A DNA stretch of 64,000 bases from an uncultured Acidobacteriaceae bacterium (GTDB taxonomy: Bacteria; Acidobacteriota; Terriglobia; Terriglobales; Acidobacteriaceae). The first letter of the stretch is position 1. Each line of letters starts with the position of its first letter. Below, in pieces: positions 46,340-55,725 of the stretch. Position numbers and translations under genes: made by a program. The DNA lies in the NCBI GenBank assembly GCA_963781245.1, contig CAWAFB010000026.1:17304-81303 (forward strand), written 5' to 3'. Below the pieces are notes generated by a model. That model was not told the DNA's origin. It ran no database searches and saw only the letters and a list, made by a program, of their open reading frames with translations.

Positions 46340-48622
46340 TTACGAAAGCCGGAGAACGGTGACTCCTTCAAATGGCACCTGAACCTCGACAGTGCCGTTC
46401 TGGATGGTCTGCACCTGATTGTCATAAATGTTCGTCGCTATCTTATAGCGGCGCGACGGTACCCGAATGCCTGCAGCCTGATCAGTGATCTGGTCATTGA
46501 AGACAATCAGCAGGGTGCCGCTTTCCGCCTCGATCAGCCGCGGGCGGACCTTTTCCGACACAACTGTGCTTCGGGCCGCCTGATTCACGATTGCCTTGAC
46601 CAGATCGATTCCCGCCTGGGAGCCAGCCTCGATGCTCGCCCCGAGGTTCGTTCCGACATAGTAGACCAGCCCTTTTCCCACCTTCTTGGTCGCCGCAACG
46701 GGAGTCGATTCATACGTCGCGATTACTTTTGCTGAGGAAACTGTGATTGGAGTGAGGAAGGTATGGGCCTTGATTTGGACGGCGACTGGTTCTGTAAACG
46801 AGAGGTGACCTTCTACATAAACGCGGTCAGATTGGGGCACATCCTCCGCTTTGGGATTGTCCTTTCCATCCTCCTGCATCATGTACAGGCTCTCCTTCTC
46901 ACGATAGCCAAAGGCATCGGCGAGGCCGAACGCTGGGACGATCGGGTTGTAGACCATGTGCTCGTCGTAGGACGCGAACCCGGTTTCTAAAAGAAGTGTT
47001 CCTCCGTCCTCAACGAACTGGCGCAAGTGATCGCAGGTATCCTTTTTGCCGATGAGGTGCCAGGGCGCAATGATGACCTTATATTTGCCGCTATTGCTGA
47101 GGCTCTGAGGCTCGATAAAATCCACGAGCACATCACTGTTCCACAAAGCCTTGTAGTAGCCGGCAAAAGACATGGTCGATGCGTCCTCTTTGCCGCTCAT
47201 CGCGAAGGTCAGAAGGGCATTGTCGATGTCCACAACAACGGCGACTTCGGGACCAGGTTTGTAATCCTTGATGATCTCCCACTGCGTCTGAATGAGCTTG
47301 TGGTCCTGAGCGGCTTCAAGTATGCGCTCGCTTGCTGAGCCATCGCGTTCAACCAGGCCGAAGCCGGTTGATTCCGTTCCTGTGGCTTCGGTCAAGTAGC
47401 ACCAATAAATAATGCCTTTCCCACCCATCGCCACCAGCATCCAGTTCCAAAGACGGATATCTCGTGGCCGCATTTGCGGGCTGCGACGAATCCCACTGCT
47501 CCCATGTCCGCCCTGCAGTTCTGTGATCCAGAATGGCTTGCCTGCCGCGGCAGCGCGAGTCAATTCAATCTGCGCGGCGCTGAAATAAATCGGAGTTCCC
47601 AGCCATCGGGGAAAACATGAAAGCCCCCAATATTCCATTAGCTCAGCCAGACGCCAGGGATTAATCGCCTGAATAGCAAGCGGGATAATCGCGGCCTGGC
47701 TGAAGACATGGCTTTCGAGGATACTGCGAGTGTCTACGGAACGAAGTGTCTTGACGCGGAATCGCATCTCTTCCGTGCTTCTTTCGATCATGAAGCGCCG
47801 CCAGTCTACCCAATCGATGTAGGAGCCTGGTCCGCGCGGCGGATCGATGACCTCCCAGCTTGGGTAGCGGCGCACCCATGACTCGCTTAGTTTCTCAAGG
47901 GTGCCATAACGTCTTTTCAGCCAGTTCTGGAAAGATGCGATCGTCTTATCGCAATAGCAATAGAGCTTTTGATCCGTTGAGGTATTGAACTCGCGTCCCC
48001 CGGCAGGCTCGAGCTGCGGCTCATTCCAGACATCGTAAGCATACATTGATGAATGCTTTGAAACTACCTTCCCCAGCTCCAGAAGAAATCTCTCCGCGGC
48101 TTCTTTCACAGGAGCCCAGTCCATACATAAGCTCGGCCATCCGCCGCTCATATTTTTCCCGACAGTCTGGAGGCGCTGGGGTGAACCGAGGGCGTCAACG
48201 AAGCGCGATTCCGGATGCGCGGCCTCAAGCCAGTAGGGCGCCTCTTCGATGACAGCGCCCATCAGGACCTTCAGGCCCAATTGATCGCAGTCGTTGAGCA
48301 CTTCTTCGATTTCCGTGAAATCGAATTTTCCCGGTTCCGGATTGAGATACACCCAAGAACAGTAAACGCGAACGATGTTGAATTTGTACTCGTTGGCGAT
48401 TGCCTTCAACATCTCATGGCGTAGTGCACGTGGAGGATTCGGGGGCCGGAAAAATTCAGTACCGTAAATGAATTCGGGCGGCACCCGTGTCGCTCGCGAA
48501 CCATGTGAAGCTTGAGCCCACGCCGGCTCAGGTCCGGCCAAAATACTGAGGCTTCCCCAGTTGGCAACGATTAAGCCCGTGGCGGTTTGAATGAAAGCTC
48601 TTCGCGACAAGTCTTTCAGCAT
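46340..48622 (-). CDS. GH42-like beta-galactosidase
   Basis: Tat-like signal (SRRAFIQ). N-terminal TIM-barrel block NIVRVYCSWVYLNPEPGKFDF...LKVLMG and a WNEP-type acid/base region. Confidence 0.7.
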   Translation of the reverse strand: MLKDLSRRAFIQTATGLIVANWGSLSILAGPEPAWAQASHGSRATRVPPEFIYGTEFFRPPNPPRALRHEMLKAIANEYKFNIVRVYCSWVYLNPEPGKFDFTEIEEVLNDCDQLGLKVLMGAVIEEAPYWLEAAHPESRFVDALGSPQRLQTVGKNMSGGWPSLCMDWAPVKEAAERFLLELGKVVSKHSSMYAYDVWNEPQLEPAGGREFNTSTDQKLYCYCDKTIASFQNWLKRRYGTLEKLSESWVRRYPSWEVIDPPRGPGSYIDWVDWRRFMIERSTEEMRFRVKTLRSVDTRSILESHVFSQAAIIPLAIQAINPWRLAELMEYWGLSCFPRWLGTPIYFSAAQIELTRAAAAGKPFWITELQGGHGSSGIRRSPQMRPRDIRLWNWMLVAMGGKGIIYWCYLTEATGTESTGFGLVERDGSASERILEAAQDHKLIQTQWEIIKDYKPGPEVAVVVDIDNALLTFAMSGKEDASTMSFAGYYKALWNSDVLVDFIEPQSLSNSGKYKVIIAPWHLIGKKDTCDHLRQFVEDGGTLLLETGFASYDEHMVYNPIVPAFGLADAFGYREKESLYMMQEDGKDNPKAEDVPQSDRVYVEGHLSFTEPVAVQIKAHTFLTPITVSSAKVIATYESTPVAATKKVGKGLVYYVGTNLGASIEAGSQAGIDLVKAIVNQAARSTVVSEKVRPRLIEAESGTLLIVFNDQITDQAAGIRVPSRRYKIATNIYDNQVQTIQNGTVEVQVPFEGVTVLRLS

Positions 48623-48707
48623 TAACGTCCTTCTCCTGTGCGGCTGGCTGATGCCGCGTCGTTCGAACTACTTAGTCTCGTTCGCAGCTAACATTGATCC
48701 TTTTCGA

Positions 48708-50027
48708 TTACGGGTGCAGGGCCGCTTGTACTTTCCGGTCACTCAGTTGATTAAGCGTGTCGGCTTTGTTAGAGCTGAACTGACGGCCCAGTTGCGCGAA
48801 AAGTAGCTTTGCTTCATCCCCCTTTCCGACAGCGACGTATGCACGTGCCAGCAAATAGGTGGCGTTTCTGGCGTCGCGCTCGGGATTGGGCTCGAGTTCG
48901 CGCGCAATCTTCAAATCGACGATCGCATCTTGCGGACGGCCCACTTCCATTAGCCGTTCACCGCGTAGAACCCTTGCCGAAGCCGAAGTCGGATTCAGCT
49001 GGATTGCCCGGTCAAGTTCTGAAAGAACTATCGCGGGATCTGACCCATCGATCCGAACCAGGCACTCTGCCAATAAATAATGAAGATCGGAATCAACAAT
49101 TCCCGATCTTATTGCATTCCTCAATACCTGTACGGCTTCTTTAAACCTCGATCGTCGATAATCCGCCAGAGCTATGAAGAATGGAGGGTCGACATCCCGG
49201 GGCGAAAGTTTCGCAGCAGAAGCGAAATCACGATATGCAACCTCTATTTTGTTCTGGGAGAGTTCAATCGACCCGCGCATTGCGAGCGCTTCCGCGTTCT
49301 GGGGCAGAGCGGAAACGGCCTTATCTGCAACTTGTGCGGCCTTGTCTAGCTCTCCTGTGTCGACGAATAGTGTGATGAGATTGAAATAGGCATACGGACT
49401 CGAAGCATTCTGTCGAAGATTCTCAGCCATAACAATGTAGGCGTCCTGGTATCTCCCAAGCTTCGAATACGAGACGCCCAGCAGGTCCGCGCATTCGGCG
49501 TCGAATATCGCTTTCGAGCGGAGCGCGATGAGAGTATCGATAGACGTTTGATACTGCCCTAGTTCAAACTCCGTCAGGGCGATTGCATATCCATGTGTCA
49601 GCCGGTTCGGGACATCGGATTGAACTGACTTAAACAACTTGAGAGCGTTAGGAAGGTCACGCGCTTTGCCGTAGAGCCAACCGACATTGAATCGCTGAAT
49701 CGGTGACAGCTGTGGACAGTCTTCGAGACTTCGAAGAAGATCTTTCGCGCCTTGATAGTCCTTTCTCTCGAGGAGGGATTCCACTTGGGCAAAAGCCTTA
49801 TCGGCGACACATGGCTTCTCCACCTGGGATGCGCGGCTCAGACAAGGCACAAAAAAGCACAGTGCACCCATTAGCAACAATGCAAGGCCTCGAGACTCGT
49901 GAGTGCGCGGCATTGGACGTATCATCGGCTGAGTGCTTGTCACCAGGATGTCCCGTTTCCGGTTCGTTTCATGCCATTTCCCTCTGCACCGATGATCCAT
50001 ACGGGATGTGGAGCGACGCAGTGGCAT
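48708..50027 (-). CDS. TPR-repeat protein
   Basis: Multiple 34-residue repeats. A signal-like segment follows an internal Met (MIRPMPRTHESRGLALLLMGALCFF), so the true start is probably downstream of the ORF-track start. Confidence 0.65.
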   Translation of the reverse strand: MPLRRSTSRMDHRCRGKWHETNRKRDILVTSTQPMIRPMPRTHESRGLALLLMGALCFFVPCLSRASQVEKPCVADKAFAQVESLLERKDYQGAKDLLRSLEDCPQLSPIQRFNVGWLYGKARDLPNALKLFKSVQSDVPNRLTHGYAIALTEFELGQYQTSIDTLIALRSKAIFDAECADLLGVSYSKLGRYQDAYIVMAENLRQNASSPYAYFNLITLFVDTGELDKAAQVADKAVSALPQNAEALAMRGSIELSQNKIEVAYRDFASAAKLSPRDVDPPFFIALADYRRSRFKEAVQVLRNAIRSGIVDSDLHYLLAECLVRIDGSDPAIVLSELDRAIQLNPTSASARVLRGERLMEVGRPQDAIVDLKIARELEPNPERDARNATYLLARAYVAVGKGDEAKLLFAQLGRQFSSNKADTLNQLSDRKVQAALHP

Positions 50028-50046
50028 CTGCGCCGCTCCGCTTCCC

Positions 50047-53000
50047 CTAGAACAACACCTTCAGTCCAAATTGGATTTGACGGGCGGAAGCGCTGGTCGA
50101 TGTGATGCTCCCAAACGCCGACGACTGAACGTTATTGTTTGGCAATCCAAGCTGAGTTCGATTGAACAGGTTGAAGAATTCGGACTTGAACTGAACCGTC
50201 AGACGCTCGATTGTGAAGTCTTTGCGCGCATTGAAGTCTACGTTGAGGTAGCCAGGACCCACGAGGTCGTTTCTTCGCTCATTTCCGAACGTGAATGGAG
50301 CAGGAACTGTGAACTCTTGCGGGTTAAGCCACTCTTGTCGCGTCTTGGGAGCGCTGCCAGGCGCGTTTGGAATTCGCTCAGCTCTCTGCGGTCCACCGCC
50401 AGTGTTCGCAACATCGCCTCCGGCCATTGCGCTGAAAGGCAACCCCGAGTCCGCCGTAAAAATGCCGCCAATATTCCAGCCGCCAAGGACCGTATTTACA
50501 ACTCGATTTGCATTTGCCAAGTAGCGTTTCCCATTCCCGACCGGCAGCGCATACGAAGCCGCGAATGAAAACATCTGCGTCCTGTTGTAGTCGGATGGCC
50601 CGTAGTCCTGAGCCAGGTCGTAGAAATTGGTAAGAGTATCGGCTTGTGGGTCCGATGCCAAATCCATCGACTTGCCGTACGAGTAAGAGAGCAGGTAATA
50701 GAGCCCGCCTGCGAGTTCCTGCTTCAGCTTTACCTGGAGACCGTTGTAGTTTCCAGTTCCTTCGTTGTAGTCCCAGGGGACGGGTCCACCATATTGTGGA
50801 TATGGCTGTCGCGCAGAGATCGGGCCCGGCCCCGGCACGGTAGCGCTGTTTCCGTACGGTTGTAGAAATTCGTGTCTGCTTCCCGAAGCGACATAGTGGA
50901 CGCCGAGGACGAGTGTCCTTGTCAGTTGCTGTTCCACGCCGAGATTCCATTCCATGGAGTACGGAATATATGGATGTGGACTACCGCCGAAGCTAGCCAG
51001 CGGTTTGTTGGGATCGAGGAAGCTTGATGCGGGCGGAAGGGTATTGATAAACACAGACGGATATCCATTATCCTGATTGCTGATCGTGGTATAGATACCG
51101 GTCGGCCAAGAGAGGCGTATGTCTGATTGCTGCTCAATCAGCGTGTTGTTATGGTCGTCGATAATCACGAACGCGCCTTGAATGGCAGTTCGGTTCTCCG
51201 GTTGGTAAACAAAACCGAATCGAGGTTGCCATCCGTTCGTCTGGGGATAGTAATAGCTGCTAGGCCCGACAGCCTTCGGAAAGAGCGGCAAGACAGGGCC
51301 CGTGACATGGAAAATTCCTGTGAGCATGTCCAGACCCGAATTGATCTTGGAAAAGGTTGGCGGCGAGATGTAGTCGTAACGAAGACCGAAGGAGAGCACC
51401 AGATTCTTCAAAATGCGCCACTGATCCTGGGCGTAGATTCCGTACCAATTGATGTGTTGGTTTTCAGACGTATCACCGACCCAGGGAGTGTAGCTGTCCG
51501 GAGTACCGATGAGTAGGCTGGCCGGACCGTACCCTGTTCCGCTCTGCGAGCCGTCCGCAGAGGTCCCATTTGTGGTGAAGTTCATGGTGTATTGCCAACC
51601 GTCATCGAAGCTATGGATGTGGTAATACATACCTCCGACACCGATCGTGTGCTTTCCCTTGATCTTTGAAAGATCTGCGTGATAATCGCTGTTCTGTTGC
51701 GGACCTACGGGGGCCGCAAATTGACTCACTCCGGTATACCCGTTTGCGACTCCGATTCCAGGACCAAGAGGCAGGTCGTTCTTCACCGGGGCCGTCTCGG
51801 TGAAGTTCAGGGCATTAAGGAAGTCTGTGCCGGCAGGCTCATCGAAGATGGTGAAGGAAGTTTCGGTATATCCATAGCGCAGGTTGAGAATCGTATTTGG
51901 GCTAAAGATATGTGTGTATCCGCCGGCAAATGCCCGCGAATAGTTCGATTTATTCCCCACATAGCCGGGAAAACCCTCCGGACTTATCAAATTATTGTTC
52001 GACCGGTTGAACCGGAAGAACACTGTGTTGTTCGCGTTAAACTCGTGGTCGATGCGAACACCTACCTGATCTGCCTTTGTTGATGTGTTTCCGTTGAACG
52101 CGTAATTCGGAAGAGCTCCTGGCGCAACATTCAGGTTGGGCGCCGGATAGTACTTATTGAGAATGGCCAGTGCTGCCTGGTTGATCTGGTTTTGGGGAAT
52201 CGTGTTGTTCGGGTAGGGATTCCGGATGATCTTCGCAGGGTTTTGGGGATCCACAGTAGTCGAATACGGGTCGTAGATCTCATTCGCAAATTCCGGACGC
52301 CCTAGATCATCATTGCCGGTTGCGGTCGTTCCCAACACAGCCGAGAAGTCTCCGTTGCGCATAGCGTCGGTAAGCGTAGCCGACAAGTATGACTGTGTCT
52401 GCTCAGAACGAAAACCCTCCCAATATCCGGAAAAGAAGGTGTGATTCTTGATTATTGGACCACCAAAGAACACCCCGTATTGATTCTGCTTATATGGCGT
52501 TTCCGTAGTGGCCGGATAGGTCTTGGCGTCCAGTACGTTGTTGCGGATAAACTCATACACTGCTCCATGAAAGTCATTGGTTCCGGAGCGCGTAACGAGA
52601 TTGATGTTCGCGCCAGAACTGATCGCGAACTGGGCATCCGTGATGTGGGATTGGACGTTGAACTCCTGAATCGCGTCCGGTGGCGGGCTGATGGCAAAGG
52701 TATTCGTGAAGAGCGCGTTGTTCAGCACCCCGTCCATCGTGTAGTTATTTTGCTGCGGCCGTTGTCCATCGACCGACGGACTAACCGACCCGGCTCCAAG
52801 CGTCACGGTGAACGCCCCCTGCTGTCCGCCCTGAATGAGGGGAACGGCTCCAGGGGTGAGAAGTGTCAGCTGGTTGAATTGGCGCCCGTTCAGAGGCAGA
52901 TCTACGATAGCAGAATGACCAACGACTTCTGCCTGGGTGGCAGAAGTCGTATTGATTTGCGTAACATCCGCATTCACCTGAACAGTCTGCGTAGAAGCCG

Positions 53001-53346
53001 AAATCGACATTCTGAAATTCAATGCTTCGCTTTGGTTGACCTCGAGATGGACATTGTCCAGCTTTTGGGTTGCAAACCCCTCCTTGCTTACCGAGACGTT
53101 GTAGACACCGGGTTGCAATTCCGGCACCGAATAGTAGCCACTATTGTCGGTGACTGCCTTTCTCTGCACGCCGGTGGCCTGATTCGTCAGTTCCACCCGG
53201 GCGTCTGGCATCACTGCGCCAGACGAGTCGGTGATTGTACCGGTGATGAGGCCAGACGTTGTTTGACCACGAACCCACCCTGCAAATAGCAGTGCAAGAA
53301 TTCCGACCTGGAACGCGACAACGAACAACCTCTTCGACATACACAT
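50047..53346 (-). CDS. TonB-dependent receptor with a CarboxypepD_reg-like N-terminal domain
   Basis: 1099 aa. Signal peptide, ITGTITDSSGAVMPDARVELTNQATG Ig-like domain, a plug, and a beta-barrel ending ...QFGLKVLF. Confidence 0.85.
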   Translation of the reverse strand: MCMSKRLFVVAFQVGILALLFAGWVRGQTTSGLITGTITDSSGAVMPDARVELTNQATGVQRKAVTDNSGYYSVPELQPGVYNVSVSKEGFATQKLDNVHLEVNQSEALNFRMSISASTQTVQVNADVTQINTTSATQAEVVGHSAIVDLPLNGRQFNQLTLLTPGAVPLIQGGQQGAFTVTLGAGSVSPSVDGQRPQQNNYTMDGVLNNALFTNTFAISPPPDAIQEFNVQSHITDAQFAISSGANINLVTRSGTNDFHGAVYEFIRNNVLDAKTYPATTETPYKQNQYGVFFGGPIIKNHTFFSGYWEGFRSEQTQSYLSATLTDAMRNGDFSAVLGTTATGNDDLGRPEFANEIYDPYSTTVDPQNPAKIIRNPYPNNTIPQNQINQAALAILNKYYPAPNLNVAPGALPNYAFNGNTSTKADQVGVRIDHEFNANNTVFFRFNRSNNNLISPEGFPGYVGNKSNYSRAFAGGYTHIFSPNTILNLRYGYTETSFTIFDEPAGTDFLNALNFTETAPVKNDLPLGPGIGVANGYTGVSQFAAPVGPQQNSDYHADLSKIKGKHTIGVGGMYYHIHSFDDGWQYTMNFTTNGTSADGSQSGTGYGPASLLIGTPDSYTPWVGDTSENQHINWYGIYAQDQWRILKNLVLSFGLRYDYISPPTFSKINSGLDMLTGIFHVTGPVLPLFPKAVGPSSYYYPQTNGWQPRFGFVYQPENRTAIQGAFVIIDDHNNTLIEQQSDIRLSWPTGIYTTISNQDNGYPSVFINTLPPASSFLDPNKPLASFGGSPHPYIPYSMEWNLGVEQQLTRTLVLGVHYVASGSRHEFLQPYGNSATVPGPGPISARQPYPQYGGPVPWDYNEGTGNYNGLQVKLKQELAGGLYYLLSYSYGKSMDLASDPQADTLTNFYDLAQDYGPSDYNRTQMFSFAASYALPVGNGKRYLANANRVVNTVLGGWNIGGIFTADSGLPFSAMAGGDVANTGGGPQRAERIPNAPGSAPKTRQEWLNPQEFTVPAPFTFGNERRNDLVGPGYLNVDFNARKDFTIERLTVQFKSEFFNLFNRTQLGLPNNNVQSSAFGSITSTSASARQIQFGLKVLF

Positions 53347-53498
53347 GCCCCCAATTGAAGCGAGATTGAGATCTAGACAAGCAACATGATTTCCTGCTTG
53401 CTTCCACGCAGCACGGGGTCATGAACCAACAACTGTCAAATTTGGGCGGCGATGTTTTGAACTCGACACGTAAGCATCCTCCGCAGCCCATGGGGGTT

Positions 53499-53512
53499 GG
53501 AAGCACTTAAAC
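53499..53512. promoter_or_regulatory. putative operator GGAAGCACTTAAAC (site 1)
   Basis: One of four copies of AAG[C/T][A/G]CTT(AAA). It lies about 155 bp upstream of the TonB receptor start. Confidence 0.45.
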
Positions 53513-53624
53513 GATGAGCAAACTAGATCATAAAACCACAGAATGTCAAGATATATTTTTTAACATTTTTTAAATCAATAGGTTACTGTCATCAAATCTT
53601 GGCCCCGGCAAAAACTTTAGTATT

Positions 53625-53638
53625 AGAAGTACTTAAAC
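53625..53638. promoter_or_regulatory. putative operator AGAAGTACTTAAAC (site 2)
   Basis: Perfect palindrome AAGTACTT. It differs from site 1 (126 bp away) at 2 of 14 positions. Confidence 0.45.
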
Positions 53639-53818
53639 TTATAAAGCGACCAAATACTATCTTCCCCCAAACGCCAACTATGGAGACACTCTGAGAACAA
53701 CGCGCGAAGAGTGCCGGGCGTGATTCGCGCAGAACAGCTCCCTTCTCAGAGGACGGAGCGGGGCCGCGGCAAATCCTGATCGCGTTTACACTGAGCCTGA
53801 CTATGGGAATCAGGCGTT

Positions 53819-54142
53819 TCAGTCGACGTGAAATACTTCTTCCATCTCTGCCCACCACTCGCCCTCATTCCGGGTAGGCAGGGGATCTTGCATAGGGCCC
53901 ATAATTGCCCACCATTCCTGGGTTTTCTGGTCGGCGGCCATCTTTGCCCAATCCTTCTTAACGTCCGCTCCGTGATATTCGAAATATCCGAATAAGACTC
54001 CGTCCTTTAAGAAGACGGAGTAGTTGCGAATATTGCACTCCGAGATCTTGCTCAGCACTTCCGGCCACACAGCTGCGTGATACCTCTTGTACTCGTCTAC
54101 GCACCCCGGCTTGAGACGGATCATGGTGCCGAATCGTTGCAT
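53819..54142 (-). CDS. L-rhamnose mutarotase-family protein (RhaM/DUF718; a deoxy-hexose mutarotase)
   Basis: 107 aa: MIRLKPGCVDEYKRYHAAVWPEV...IRNYSVFL...FGYFEY...W. Confidence 0.8.
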   Translation of the reverse strand: MQRFGTMIRLKPGCVDEYKRYHAAVWPEVLSKISECNIRNYSVFLKDGVLFGYFEYHGADVKKDWAKMAADQKTQEWWAIMGPMQDPLPTRNEGEWWAEMEEVFHVD

Positions 54143-54201
54143 ATCGAACTCCTTTGAAACGGAGCCATGCTACATCTCGATCTTGTGCGGAGCAAGTAGA
54201 T

Positions 54202-54215
54202 CTCAAGTGCTTGGA
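54202..54215. promoter_or_regulatory. putative operator CTCAAGTGCTTGGA (site 3)
   Basis: It lies in the divergent rhaM-like/GntR intergenic region. Its 11-mer CTCAAGTGCTT is repeated in inverted orientation at site 4. Confidence 0.45.
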
Positions 54216-54261
54216 TTTTTCTTGACACTGCGGGGGGCGGTATTTAGGATGACGCTTCACG

Positions 54262-54276
54262 ATTTAAGCACTTGAG
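54262..54276. promoter_or_regulatory. putative operator ATTTAAGCACTTGAG (site 4)
   Basis: The reverse complement is CTCAAGTGCTTAAAT. It ends 3 nt before the GntR start codon (54279). Confidence 0.45.
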
Positions 54277-54278
54277 TT

Positions 54279-54962
54279 ATGCCCGCTCCTTCCGCACTTG
54301 CGTCCAATGGCCTCGTCAAGAAGACTCTGGCCGAAAAGTTATTGGCAGAAATCATGAATGGAACTCTGTCGCCCGGCACACGCATTGTCGAAGTTACCTG
54401 GGCACAACATTTTGGCGTGGCAGGGGGAACAATCCGCGAGGCAATCAATCTTCTTGAGCGGGACGGCTTCGTCACCAAGGAAGGTGGTCGCAGCGCTCGC
54501 GTGATCAATCTGACCGAAAAAGATGTTGTCCAGCTTTACCAAATGCGCAGCGCGATTGAGGGCCTTGCAGCAAATCTCGCAGCACAAGCGCAGCCAGATT
54601 TCTCAAATCTACAGTCCATCGTAGAGGGCATGCGGCGTGCTGCCAAGGCAAAGAGCGCTGCGAACTTGCTCGATTGGGATCTGAAGTTTCATCTGGAGCT
54701 TTGCAGTCTTTCCGGCAATAAACACCTTTTCGACTATGCCCAACGCATGCTGACGCCGTTTTTCGCTTTTGTCCGGCTGCGGATAATTTCAGGAGGGCAA
54801 GGCACATCGGTGTGGGACAAAGACCTTGAATCACATCAACGGATCGTTGATTTGCTCCGCGAGGGTGATGGGGAGATGGCAGAGCAATACGTAAAGAAGG
54901 CTATGGTTCGATTTGCGAAAACTGCATACGACAACTGGGTTGCACATGGAAAAAGAGCTTGA
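54279..54962 (+). CDS. GntR-family transcriptional regulator (FadR/FCD subfamily)
   Basis: N-terminal wHTH (LAEKLLAEIMNGTLSPGTRIVEVTWAQHFGVAGGTIREAINLLERDGFV) plus an all-helical C-terminal domain. Confidence 0.8.
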   Translation: MPAPSALASNGLVKKTLAEKLLAEIMNGTLSPGTRIVEVTWAQHFGVAGGTIREAINLLERDGFVTKEGGRSARVINLTEKDVVQLYQMRSAIEGLAANLAAQAQPDFSNLQSIVEGMRRAAKAKSAANLLDWDLKFHLELCSLSGNKHLFDYAQRMLTPFFAFVRLRIISGGQGTSVWDKDLESHQRIVDLLREGDGEMAEQYVKKAMVRFAKTAYDNWVAHGKRA

Positions 54963-55713
54963 TGGGAAGGTAATTATTCTGACTGGCGGGGCGAGCGGGA
55001 TTGGTCGCGAATGTGCCATTGCCTATGCGCGTGAAGGGGCGACGGTGGCGATCCTTGACCGCAATTTCGAAGAGGCTAAGGACGCGGCGAAAGAAATTGG
55101 CAATAGCAGTACCGCTTATCACGCCGATGTTTCGGACGGAGGGGCAATCCAAACCGCGATTACCGCAGTACTGAAGGATTTCGGACGTCTCGATGCTGTG
55201 CACAACAATGCCGGAATTGTGGGACCATCCTGCGCGCTGCACTATACTACCGAGGCCGAGTGGGACGATCTTCAATGTACAAACCTGAAATCTGTTTACT
55301 GGACGACGAAGTATGCGTTTCAGTCTCTGGTCGAATCCAAGGGCGCAATTCTTAATACGGCCAGCATGGTCGGACTCCTAGGTCAACAGAACCACGCAGC
55401 CTACGTTGCGACCAAGGGTGGGATGATTTCGCTTACCAAGGCGATGGCGGCTGATTACGCAAAGTATCACATCAGGGTGAATGCGGTCTGTCCTGCGGGC
55501 GCATGGACGCCGATGCTGGAGCAGTGGGCCGCAGACCAGCCCAATCCGGCTGGCATACGCCAGTATCTCGATGACATCCATCTTCTCGGCTATTGTCCGC
55601 GCGGCGATGTTATTGCCGATGCAGCCACTTTTCTACTTTCATCCAAGGCCCGATTTATCACTGGATGCATCTTGCCGGTGAGCGGCGGCGCTGAGCTTGG
55701 TTACAGACGTTAA
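54946..55713 (+). CDS. SDR-family oxidoreductase (candidate L-fucose or 2-keto-3-deoxy-L-fuconate dehydrogenase)
   Basis: TGGASGIG Rossmann motif from ATG 54946 and a YxxxK motif (YVATKGG). The substrate is inferred from context only. Confidence 0.75.
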   Translation: MEKELDGKVIILTGGASGIGRECAIAYAREGATVAILDRNFEEAKDAAKEIGNSSTAYHADVSDGGAIQTAITAVLKDFGRLDAVHNNAGIVGPSCALHYTTEAEWDDLQCTNLKSVYWTTKYAFQSLVESKGAILNTASMVGLLGQQNHAAYVATKGGMISLTKAMAADYAKYHIRVNAVCPAGAWTPMLEQWAADQPNPAGIRQYLDDIHLLGYCPRGDVIADAATFLLSSKARFITGCILPVSGGAELGYRR

Positions 55714-55725
55714 CTGGAATGGGAC

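Noticed and set aside
52441-53289. 282-aa plus-strand ORF
   Set aside because: It is antisense to the TonB-dependent receptor gene.
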